Made by a program: the position numbers and the translations under genes
Shown here: one piece after another, positions 1-9,376 of the stretch
Layout of the letters: each line of letters starts with the position of its first letter
How positions within the stretch are numbered: the first letter of the stretch is position 1
The notes under the pieces: model-generated
What the model was told of the DNA's origin: nothing
Database searches by the model: none
Seen by the model: only the letters and a program-made list of their open reading frames with translations
Origin: Paraphysomonas bandaiensis
Taxonomy: Eukaryota; Protista; Chrysophyceae
Direction: 5' to 3'
NCBI GenBank assembly: GCA_965644295.1
Contig: CBFFRP010000005.1
Span: forward strand, 1-17,184
Length of the DNA stretch: 17,184 nt

Positions 1-290
1 GAAAAAATATTACAGACAAAAGACAAAACGACAAAAGACATTTTTTTTCATCAAAATTGTTTTTGTCGGGTGCAAATGGAGCTGAAGTTATAGTGGACAC
101 AGAGAGACAAAAGACAAAACAGCGATTTTTTTTAGAATTTTGAATTCTGCTCATTCTCTGCTCGCTAGATCTCACTGAATATACTTCGAAGCAAAGCATT
201 AAGCATCGACACAAGTCACAAGTGACTGTGTAAAGTTGATAGCATGATATTTCATGTGTGAGTGCATTGTCCCGAAAGTTGTCTGTGCAG

Positions 291-543
291 GACATCCTTG
301 ATCAAACAGCTCATGAAGCAATCTCCAGCGTCCAGTTAGGATCGTATCTTTGCAAGAAGAAATGTCTACGAACGGATTGGTACGATAACACACCATGGGG
401 ACTCCTGCTGAGGAATACAAGGATAAGAGATCCCACAACTTATGAAGGTATGACTTTTGGTATTGTATAATATACCATGTCACACTGCCTCAGGCAAGCA
501 ATCAGAACGCGTTTTCGAATTACGTATCAAATGTTTCAAGCAC
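291..543 (+). pseudogene. N-terminal remnant of a Harbinger-type DDE transposase
   Basis: Exon 291-447 reads DILDQTAHE...DWYDNTPWGLLLRNTRIRDPTTYEG, followed by a GT-AG intron of about 46 bp. With one restored base the next exon reads KQ(F)RTRFRITYQMFQA, resembling the FRxRFRxxxxxF motif of PIF/Harbinger transposases. The catalytic domain is absent. Confidence 0.6.
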
Positions 544-1719
544 GATGCTTTTTATTGCCTTGATTAGCATCATCATCACATTTATATAAACACGCTCAGC
601 CTCTGCGAGTGCACCTGATTTGAATGATAGTAGGATGAGGCGCAGAATCCTGATACGCACGACGTCGTGACGGACACCTTGAAAGAGCTGGGTTGAAAGA
701 GCTGGGTGTTACTGCCCTTAACTTCCTATACAGCATCAGATATGGCACTTAAACTCTCCTGTAATATTCTTGCTCTTGTTTCGAAGTCCAGGTTATGAAG
801 ATAGATCGCATGCACTGACATCATTATTATCTTCCACATCAGACGAAAGACGGATGATGACTTGGAGTGTTTGATGAACTCCTTTTGATAGTTGACTCAC
901 CATTGTGGTTTCTCTATAATTGTGTAATATAACGATATCTATACATATGACTGCCAATATCATAATTGATAATTAAGATAGAAGTGAGTTACTGTTAACC
1001 CAATATTGAAGTTGAATGTGTATATTTAGTTTATTACAATATGTTGCCAATATGTTATACGTACAACACACACTACATTTCAGTTGTTTGTGTAGTTAGA
1101 TCCCATTCAATATATCTGTGATTACATGCAAGATTAAATGCATCTTACAGTTAGATCATGTGATAATTATTAGTCAATTGTAATAAACAAAGTTGTGAAT
1201 TTAAAACTGACACTGACAAACGTCATTATAACTAACGTGTATAATATAGTAACAACATATGTATAAAACAAACAGAACTTGCATGGATAACAGAAAATCA
1301 ATCGGACCAAGATAATTATCATTGGTTGGCGTAGCTGTTAGTGTCATTGTCCTCGCCTTCGAGAGTTGTGCCAGCTCTCTTCTTATCCTTTCAGCTTCTT
1401 TACGATTCCAGGAAAGCTCCACCGTCTTGACGAGCAACTCTCTCATCTGCACGCCTGACGGTATTGTTTCGTCCTGCATCAACAAATATTACTATTGAAT
1501 AACTTTAAAAGATATATATACCTTACTCAAAAGGATAACAAAATCTGGAGTGAACTCATTAATGACTGACTTCCTTCTTTATTTCCAGTGTTGTTTATTT
1601 CTTCCAAATAGTTTCAGAGTTGATTCCAAAGAGTTCCTTAATGTATGTATGTATGTATGTATGTATGTATGTATGTATGTATGTATGTATGTATGTATGT
1701 ATGTATGTATGTATGTATG

Positions 1720-1750
<31 letters not shown>

Positions 1751-2003
1751 GTTTAAATCAACACACACTCTTCACCTTCTACAATCTGATAATAGTTATG
1801 GTTCCTGCCGGAATATACTCGGTCAGGGATACGGGATACGGTTTCATTGATGTAGATGTCAGGGCTTTCATTGTTGTCAGGAGTGCGGCGTGTCGTAAGT
1901 AGTTTCACAGACATATTTCTCCAAGCTCTGTAATCGTCGTGGTCTTGACACCATGGGTCTCCATGCCTGCCAAAGCAATGGCAAGCTTCTGCCAATGCTT
2001 GAG
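537..2003 (-). pseudogene. Degenerate multi-exon second ORF of the Harbinger-like element (Myb/SANT-like DNA-binding protein)
   Basis: Exon-like blocks on the minus strand: ~2003-1769; ~1637-1527 (GINSETIWKK..EIKKEV..INEFTPDFVILL, with stop/frameshift); ~1474-1309 (DETIPSGVQMRELLVKTVELSWNRKEAERIRRELAQ). The W..I...V..F....SG pattern resembles PIF Myb-like ORFs. In the DETIPSG exon, 2 of 3 differences between the copies are synonymous. Confidence 0.45.
1641..1749. repeat. (ATGT)n microsatellite, about 27 units, inside the transposon
   Basis: Perfect tetranucleotide run seen directly. Confidence 0.98.
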
Positions 2004-2244
2004 ACTATAAATCATTGCGCCCGGTGCTGTTTATGAGGTGTATGACTATTAATGAAGCTCCATTGTGTAAAAATGTCTTCCACTCTCGATTTCTGTCAGC
2101 CGAAGACAAAAAGACATTTTGTCTTTCGACGGATTTCTGTCTTTTGTCCTCCTATAACTTCAGCTTTTCATGCTCAGAAGACATTTTTGCCGAAAAATGT
2201 CTTCTGTCTTTTTGTCTTTTGTCTCACGACTATAATTAGTGGCC

Positions 2245-2392
2245 AAGAGAGAAAATCGCGATATACAATTTAATAGTAAAATACAGCACTGTATTCCGCA
2301 AAGTCATAGAGAACAAGTTTAAACTCAATAACTGAAAAAAACGTAAGTGTCGACCGTTTTTTGAGCAGTTAGTTATGGGTGAACGAACTGTA
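2245..2392. mobile_element. Possible end of a Tc1/mariner-type element inserted at a TA in an ankyrin exon
   Basis: Minus strand reads TA|CAGTTCGTTCACCCATAAC..., a TA+CAGT terminus, exactly where ankyrin exon similarity begins (ATA CGG GAC AAT, 2395-2406). The other end is not in the window. Confidence 0.35.
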
Positions 2393-2394
2393 CT

Positions 2395-3590
2395 ATACGG
2401 GACAATGGAAGTAACTCCTCTATACATACATGCATATGTAGAGTGTTATGAGGGCATGAGCATATGTGATAATTGTTATTGTTTTATAGAGTGGCCGTAC
2501 AGCTCTTAACTGGGCTGTCTCTAATGGTCATAGCGATATAGCTGTGTATCATATGAGAGCAGGAGCAGATTTAAGCATACGAGACAATGTAAGTAACCCC
2601 TCTATACATACATACACACATACATACATACATTCCTTCATGCATATGTAGAGTGTTATGAGGGCATGAGCATATGTGATTATTGTTATTGTTTTATAGA
2701 GTGGCCACACAGCTCTTCACTGGGCTGCCTCTAGAGGTCACGGAGATGTAGTTCAGTATCTTATGGGAGGAGGAGCAGATACTAATATACGAGACAATGT
2801 AAGTAACTCCTCTATACATACATATATAAGTAGAGTGTTATGAGGGCTCATATGTGATTTTTATTATTGTTTTTGTTTTCTAGCGTGGCCGTACAGCTCT
2901 TAACTGGGCTGTCTCTAATGGTCATAGCGATATAGCTGTGTATCATATGAGAGCAGGAGCAGATTTAAGCATACGAGACAATGTAAGTAACTCCTCTATA
3001 CATACATATATAAGTAGAGTGTTATGAGGGCTCCTATGTGATTTTTATTATTGTTTTTGTTTTCTAGCGTGGCCGTACAGCTCTTAACTGGGCTGTTTCT
3101 AATGGTCATAGAGATACAGCTGTGTATCATATGAGAGCAGGAGCAGATACTAATATACGAGACAATGTAAGTAACCCCTCTATACAAACATACATCATAC
3201 ATAAGTAGAGTGTTATGAGGGTTCATATGTGATTGTTATTATTGTTTTATAGGGTGGCCGTACAGCTCTTCACTTGGCTGCCATTAGAGGTCACAGAGAT
3301 GTAGCTGAGTATCTTATGGGAGGAGGAGCAGATACTAATATACTGGACAATGTAAGTAACTCCTCTATACATACATACATACATACATACATGCATCATA
3401 CATAAGTTATGAGGGCTCATGTTATGTGATATTTATTATTGTTTTTGTTTTATAGGATGGCCGTACAGCTCTTCACGTGGCTATATCTAGAGGTCAGAGA
3501 GATATATCAGAGTATCTTATAAGGAAAGGAGCAGATATTAATGTACGAGACAATGTAAGTAACCCCTTTTACATATACATACATACCTAT
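2395..3590 (+). repeat. Tandem array of ~184-210 bp exon+intron units
   Basis: Introns are homologous: GTAAGTAAC(C/T)CCTCTATACATACAT...GTTATGAGGG...TTATTGTTTT..TAG. Unit length varies mainly with the (TACA)n tract. Confidence 0.95.
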
Positions 3591-3982
3591 ATGGATATGT
3601 GGTGATGCAGTGTGTCACTTCTTTTTATGATGCTTTTTGTTATTTTTGCAGGAGGGAAGAACTCCTGTTGATGTGGCTAAAGATAGTGCGATGCGTGAGC
3701 TCATCAGAAACGCACATGTTAGTATGTGTACTGTATGCTTCATCGTATTCTCAGAACCAGAGACATACCCTCACTGGAATTATATGTGTATTGTATAGGC
3801 TGAGAGGCAGAGACAGCAAGAGGAGGACGCTGCTACCGCTTCAGAGGTATGTGTGTAATGATGTATTATATATGGTGTGATAGTATTGGTATTATACAGG
3901 TGTCGAGTATGTATTGGTTTTAGTTGAGTTAATGCGTATTGTATAGGCTGAGAGGCAGAGACAGCAAGATGACTTCAATTGA
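2490..3982 (+). CDS. Ankyrin-repeat protein, one repeat per exon; 5' end interrupted, possibly a recent pseudogene
   Basis: Six 99-bp phase-0 exons: 2490-2588, 2700-2798, 2884-2982, 3068-3166, 3253-3351, 3456-3554 (e.g. SGHTALHWAASRGHGDVVQYLMGGGADTNIRDN). Then 3652-3717 (EGRTPVDVAKDSAMRELIRNAH), 3799-3846 (AERQRQQEEDAATASE) and 3947-3982 (AERQRQQDDFN*). All introns are GT-AG and the spliced frame is open. An upstream exon remnant (2395-2406) has a mutated donor GGAAGT. Confidence 0.92.
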
Positions 3983-4359
3983 ATACTGTCAGATGTGTTG
4001 TTGAATTGGATGTTGGTTGTTTACACACATATCATGCATCTGTATATTCATGTCTGAATGTAGGACGTGCTATGCTGGTCATCGGAGTAGTATGTATGTC
4101 GTAGAGTATGTCAGGTGTTATAAATTAGCATTTTTAAAAATTCGGGATTTGGTCTATGAAACAGTTTTTTCTATAGAAATCATGTTTTGATTACACTTTA
4201 GCATAAAGTATACTACTGTATTTCTTTTTGTCCATTATATTATATTGAAAGTCTTATTATTAGCAATTTAGGCGTTAAAAACCTGCACCAACTTAGTAGC
4301 TAGATGAATGCTAGACAAACTAGTTAGACCTCTACCTGTAACTAATCAGTACACACTTT

Positions 4360-4685
4360 TTTTATCCTACTATTTCGCTCTGAGTTCTTAAGGAGGTGAA
4401 CATCCCGGATGCTTAACTTCAGCAGGCAGCCCAATACCCCGGTTACCCTTGAGGTGGGCCCATTCCCGGATGCCTGTTTATTCGTCAGGGCCCAAAGACG
4501 TCTACACAAGTGACACTTATTGGTGTCCTTGTATCACACAAGCATTCGGCTATGCGTGGGCAGAACAATATATGCTGACTATGTTTGCGGCTCACGATAG
4601 TTTCCCAGAGAGAATATCTCCGGTACTTATCCCCCAGAACACCACGAAAAGGTGCGAGTCCGACTTTGTTGAGGGGATAGGATGG
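4360..4685. other. GC-richer, hairpin-dense island; candidate structured RNA or SINE-like element
   Basis: Ends pair (ATCCTA 4364-4369 / TAGGAT 4678-4683). Internal stems: GCAGGCA/TGCCTGT, GCCCA/TGGGC, ACAAG-GACAC/GTGTC-CTTGT, GCAT/ATGC, ACTAT/ATAGT, TATCCCC/GGGGATA, CACC/GGTG. No RNA family recognised. Confidence 0.3.
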
Positions 4686-5276
4686 TAAGCTTGAAAGATT
4701 TATAGACTGAACGGCATAATATGCTTTAATTATAAATTAGAAGCATATATATAATTATGATCAATGTCACTTATCATTCATATGGCCAATTGCCGGATTA
4801 CACCCTTTCTCCTCTCTCCTTCTTGTGTGTGAATTGAGACGATTCCAACCACCAATCATTCTCATACTACTATCATAACAGGTATATATACTATTATCAC
4901 GATATTTGTTGAGGGTTTTCGTCCATTATGCAATTCCTGAATTTTTACAGAGTGTTGATGTGTTCACCATCAATAACAGAATACAGGGCTAGAAAACAAT
5001 ATATTGCAATATAGTAGTATGACTAACCAGAAACAACACCATATTAAGTAGGATGGATACTTTTGCGCAACACTGATATAATATGTTTAGCTCCCATGTA
5101 TTGGAAGTACATACCAGGGCATACATACCAGGGCCTGGTCACCGTTAATGACTCGTGTACCTGTACGTTTCTTAATTGTTTGAGCTGACTATAGTTTTTA
5201 TTCGCATAGTCAAAACATCAGCTTCATCATCCTCTGTATTGTTGTCATCACTGTCTGAGCGGAGCTATATGCTAAC

Positions 5277-5362
5277 TGTTGAGTTTTGCTGTTTGAGCAA
5301 TTAAAAGCTGTAATTCTAAGGTGTTTAACTTAGTGAATCATCCAATTGTGTCATATCTTGAC
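5277..5362 (+). repeat. Dispersed direct repeat, copy 1 (partner 7059-7362)
   Basis: 5277-5318 matches 7059-7100 (42 bp, 2 mismatches); 5338-5362 matches 7338-7362 (25 bp, 2 mismatches). Confidence 0.8.
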
Positions 5363-5390
5363 CATTGGAATGGAACTAGACAGACGTATG

Positions 5391-5830
5391 GGCAGTCAGC
5401 ATCTTATTTTTCGGGAATAAATTGAAGCAAATATTCTCTATATTACTTACATTCAACTACGGCTGGAATACAGATAATTGCTGTCTCAATATTAGAGGCA
5501 TCTTGGAACAAAAATATACAAAGGATGGCGATCAGGATTGATACTGCTTTGTATAGTAGAAACATACAGTATATAGAATATAAAACCAGTATTATTTATG
5601 AAAATCGGGGTTTTTCATACGAACATGACAGAAAAAGTAGACTGGAAAAGATGACTGCGATACTGCTGTGCGTGTATGTGCTGGCCGAATCGGCATCCTT
5701 CGTGTATTTTTGTTCAAAAATGCCTCATATATTGAGACAGCAATTCTCTGTATTCCAGCCGTAGTTGTATTGCAGTTATATAGAGTATATTTGCTTCAAT
5801 TTATTCCCGAAAAATAAGATGCTGACTGCC
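5391..5830. mobile_element. 440-bp MITE/foldback element with ~145-bp terminal inverted repeats
   Basis: GGCAGTCAGCATCTTATTTTTCGGGAATAAATTGAAGCAAATA at 5391 is the exact reverse complement of the sequence ending at 5830. Imperfect pairing continues to about 5535/5686. No clear TSD. Confidence 0.85.
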
Positions 5831-5899
5831 GATATCTAGATATGGTTAGAGTGGTTAATGAATGTATGAACCCTCTGGAGAGACCCCATATAATTATTA

Positions 5900-6630
5900 G
5901 AATGATGTCTACCCATGGATGGAGTGTGAGCACGGTGATTCAGTAATGTGTCTGATTCTGTGGATGGGGGTGCAAGTGATGAGGACTCGTGTCCATTGTG
6001 TTATATAAGATGAGAGCATCTCCTCATGTGATGGAATGCTATCGATGATGAGCTTGAGGAGGTTGTTGCAGAGTTCAGCCATCTTACAAGCTCGAATCAT
6101 GTGGATGAGGGCTGAATCCTTAGAGCTACTTGAGAAGTAATAGTAGAGTAGCCTCGAGGGCACTTGACACTGCCATGTTGTGAATGTGACTAACGATTAT
6201 ACACAATGGTGGTACGAAAAATCCTGCGACCCGTGACGATGGGGCAGGTGGCTAGGGAGACCAGTAAGAGTTGTGTTGGTACTGTGCGTGCTTTATCTAG
6301 TGAGACGGCTGTACTATAAAAACCCTCGTTTTTTTGATGAAAAAAGGGGTGGATCTTCATCTACACGCCGGCTTCGGGTGGTGCGCCCAATAAGTCTATA
6401 CGGCGGATGAGATTCCAGGGAAGAGAATGTCCCTTCGTACTTTGCCTAGTGATACTGTGTATACTAAGTCTAGTGAGATCAGCGTGAATCGTGTCTGTGA
6501 GACTGTACCTGCTGAGTCTAGGGAGACTTGTGTGGTAACCGTACGGGTGTTGACTAGTATGTCCACCCTGGGTGAGGTAAACCTTTATGATGAGGAGATT
6601 GTCTATCTATGTGATGACAGTGACTGTATC
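5900..6630 (-). mobile_element. Probable decayed non-LTR retrotransposon fragment (APE endonuclease-like remnant)
   Basis: Minus frame 6606-6361 reads IDNLLIIKVYLTQG...SLTDTIHADL..HSITR...RRIDLL, resembling the IINVY, LxD and RID motifs of LINE endonucleases; GDFN is missing. The strand is A/C-rich like the RT fragment at 16750. Confidence 0.3.
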
Positions 6631-7058
6631 TAATAACTAACATAATATGTCTAATTGTAGAGAGATCAAGGCATAATATATGCGAAGTTCGTTAATTGTG
6701 TTGTTTCGTTTCAGCGTGCTATGACTGCTGGCATGCAAGAACTGGTGTGGCTGGTGTGGCTTCGGGGGGTGTTGGTCGAACTGGGACTTCGATTGTACGA
6801 ACCCACTCCATTCTTACTGACAGTCAGAGCACTCGTAACTTAGCGTGTTGAATGATGTGGTGTGATTGATCTCAGCGACGAGAGGATAAGAAATCATACG
6901 CGCTGGTTATCAGAGACAGAAGATCATTCAGATGTGTTGCTGAAACATCGGAGTCATACGTCCACCGGTTTGTCCTATGAGGTTTTTGGTGGTTGCGTAT
7001 CCGTCAGTTATGACTCGTGGTTTGACAATTCAGTGTACAGCTTTGAATTGAGAGGGAG

Positions 7059-7362
7059 TGTTGAGGTTTGCTGTTTAAGCAATTAAAAGCTGTAATTCTA
7101 TGATATTGGAATTATGACGGTTACTGGAGAATACAGTAGTGGTTAACTGTATTATGAGAAGTAATGAGAACTGAATATATATTGACCATACAAGAAGATA
7201 GTGACGATATAAGATCGTACTAGAAATGAGTGGTAGTAGAGATAACGTGATATATTGTTTATTATATTTATTATAATCTTCTCTTATCTTAACTTGATTA
7301 ATGAGTAAATAAACGTCCAGTTAACTTATAGTAAAAGTCATCCGGTTGTGTCATATCTTGAC
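7059..7362 (+). repeat. Dispersed direct repeat, copy 2 (about 220 bp longer internally)
   Basis: Matches 5277-5362 in two blocks; similarity ends at ...CATATCTTGAC in both copies. Confidence 0.75.
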
Positions 7363-7363
7363 A

Positions 7364-7623
7364 TAGCAATGCCAAGAATAGGTAGTACCTATAGGTATTA
7401 GGAACTTGCTTAGCACCTATGTCAAAAGGTAGTGCCTAATAGGGGTTCCTAATGCAATTATTAGTACCAAGAAATAGGACCTTGCCACCTATAGGTGGTC
7501 CTATCTGAAGCTGGTATAGGTGCTACCTTTTGAGCTAAAATGTACCCATAGGTACTAGACAAGTTCCCAATAGGTACCAGGAGATTTAATTAATAAAGTA
7601 TCTATATCTGAGGTCCACCGATG
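7364..7623 (-). mobile_element. End fragment of a TACCTATAGGTA-rich putative DNA transposon, copy 1
   Basis: Reverse complement of 16257-16598 with indels; similarity stops sharply at the shared end CATCGGTGGACCTCAGATA. Confidence 0.65.
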
Positions 7624-7986
7624 GCTGATATTTGATAATTAGGACTTCCCTGGGCGGCAACGGTGGTTTCATAAAGTGAGAATGATAATGTGTTCATATG
7701 AATCAATCTAGAGCATCTAGCTAAATAACTAGCTTAAATTAGCAAAGCATTCATCGGACAGTTGTTTATTTCGAATCCCTTGTATGTAATGCACTCCATT
7801 CGGATTTAAAAAATGCTCTCTTCTCTCTTTATCCATATACTAGTAATCATGAGATTGTTATTATTTCTTGTCGGATTTTAGAATAATAGACACCTAAACA
7901 ATAGGCCATAATGCAAAATAACGACATTTCAAAACATACAAACACCCTTACTATGCAGCAGAGTAGCATTTCCTTCACAAACGTGG

Positions 7987-8865
7987 TCATGGAAGGTCTT
8001 GTGAACGAAGCCATTGCAGAACACTAACGTGTTTACCCTTTGCAGCTGCCTCTATGCAAGTGTCTTTATTCCAGGGACATGGAGGGTCCTGTGAACGAAG
8101 CCACTGTAGAGCATCCAATTGTCCAGACTGTGCAGCTGCAAGGCAAGTTCTTTCATTCCAGGGACATGGAGGGTCCTGTGAACGAAGCCACCATAGAACG
8201 TTCAAGTTCCCATGCCTAGCAGCAACTTCGCAAGTAGTTTCACCCCATGGCTCTGGAGGGTTCAGTGAACGGAGCCAATGTAGAACATTCAAGTGCCCAC
8301 CTTTAGCAGCACCAGTACAAGTGCTTCCAAGACATGAATCTAAAGCGTCCTGTGAACGAATCCACTGCAGAACATCCAAATGCCCACCTTCAGCTGCACA
8401 GCCACAAGTAACCATATTCCAGGGACATGGAGGATCCTGAGAACGGAGCCACTGCAGTACCTCCAAGTGTCCACCCCTAGCAGCAGCATAACCAGTTCTT
8501 ACATGCCAGGGACATGGAGGGTCCTGAGAACGGAGCCACTGCAGTACCTCCAAGTGTCCACCTTTAGCAGCAGCAGTGCAAGTGTCTTCATTCCAGGGAC
8601 ATGGAGGGTTCAGTGAACGGAGCCACTGCAGTACCTTCAAGTGTCCACCTTTAGCAGCAGCAGTGCAAGTGTCTTCATTCCAGGGACATGGAGGGTTCAG
8701 TGAACGGAGCCACTGCAGTACCTCCAAGTGTCCACCCCCAGCAGCAGCAGTGCAAGTGTCTTCATTCCAGGGACATGGAGGGTTCAGTGAACGGAGCCAC
8801 TGCAGTACATCCAAGCGTCCACCCCCAGCAGCAGCATTCATGATATCCATATTAGACATATCCAT
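7987..8865 (-). CDS. Ankyrin-like repeat protein, ten 29-aa AAxGGHLEVLQWLRSQDPPCPW repeats (292 aa)
   Basis: Uninterrupted ORF with 87-bp tandem periodicity; the N-terminal repeats are nearly identical at DNA level. The start is uncertain because a possible acceptor (ttatcag) lies just upstream of the ATG. Confidence 0.9.
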   Translation of the reverse strand: MDMSNMDIMNAAAGGGRLDVLQWLRSLNPPCPWNEDTCTAAAGGGHLEVLQWLRSLNPPCPWNEDTCTAAAKGGHLKVLQWLRSLNPPCPWNEDTCTAAAKGGHLEVLQWLRSQDPPCPWHVRTGYAAARGGHLEVLQWLRSQDPPCPWNMVTCGCAAEGGHLDVLQWIRSQDALDSCLGSTCTGAAKGGHLNVLHWLRSLNPPEPWGETTCEVAARHGNLNVLWWLRSQDPPCPWNERTCLAAAQSGQLDALQWLRSQDPPCPWNKDTCIEAAAKGKHVSVLQWLRSQDLP

Positions 8866-9036
8866 ACTGATAATATGATGAGATTATATGAGACTAATAG
8901 AGAGCTAATAGACTGTAGAATAATGAGATGAGTTGATATCTATACACACATATCCACACACCAGTACACGAGGACACAGACCACACATACATATGGGACA
9001 GACCACACAAAAGAAGTTTCCTCAACATGGACACAC

Positions 9037-9376
9037 ACATACATACATACATACATACATACATACATACATACATACATACATACATACATACATACAT
9101 ACATACATACATACATACATACATACATACATACATACATACATACATACATACATACATACATACATACATACATACATACATACATACATACATACAT
9201 ACATACATACATACATACATACATACATACATACATACATACATACATACATACATACATACATACATACATACATACATACATACATACATACATACAT
9301 ACATACATACATACATACATACATACATACATACATACATACATACATACATACATACATACATACATACATACAT
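9037..9376. repeat. (ACAT)n microsatellite, about 85 units
   Basis: Perfect run; it is the homologue of 1641-1749 within inverted transposon copy 2. Confidence 0.98.

Larger units (their letters stand above)
14..2244 (+). mobile_element. PIF/Harbinger-like DNA transposon, internally deleted copy 1 (outer ~18 bp of left TIR missing)
   Basis: Right end ...ACTATAATTAGTGGCC (2229-2244) matches the end of copy 2 (10506-10521). Both ends carry AGACAAAAG/TTTTGTCT subterminal repeats in inverted orientation (14-120 and ~2100-2225). Contains convergent remnants of a transposase N-terminus and a Myb/SANT-like ORF. Confidence 0.72.

Noticed and set aside
1550-1902. ORFs of MYVC repeats
   Set aside because: Stop-free translations of the (ATGT)n microsatellite.
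2395-3590. CRISPR-like array
   Set aside because: Units are ~190 bp exon+intron duplicates with no unique spacers and no cas genes; the DNA is eukaryotic.
4441-4450. GGTTACCCTT as a telomerase RNA template; RNase P/MRP, SRP or hammerhead identity for the island
   Set aside because: No match to TTAGGG/TTTAGGG templates, conserved boxes not found, and CTGACGA (minus strand) lacks a properly placed stem II-GAAA.
5108-5134. 14-bp tandem duplication TACATACCAGGGC(A)
   Set aside because: Ordinary slippage or possible excision footprint with no supporting evidence.
8054-8878. Plus-strand repetitive ORFs
   Set aside because: Antisense shadows of the ankyrin-like gene.
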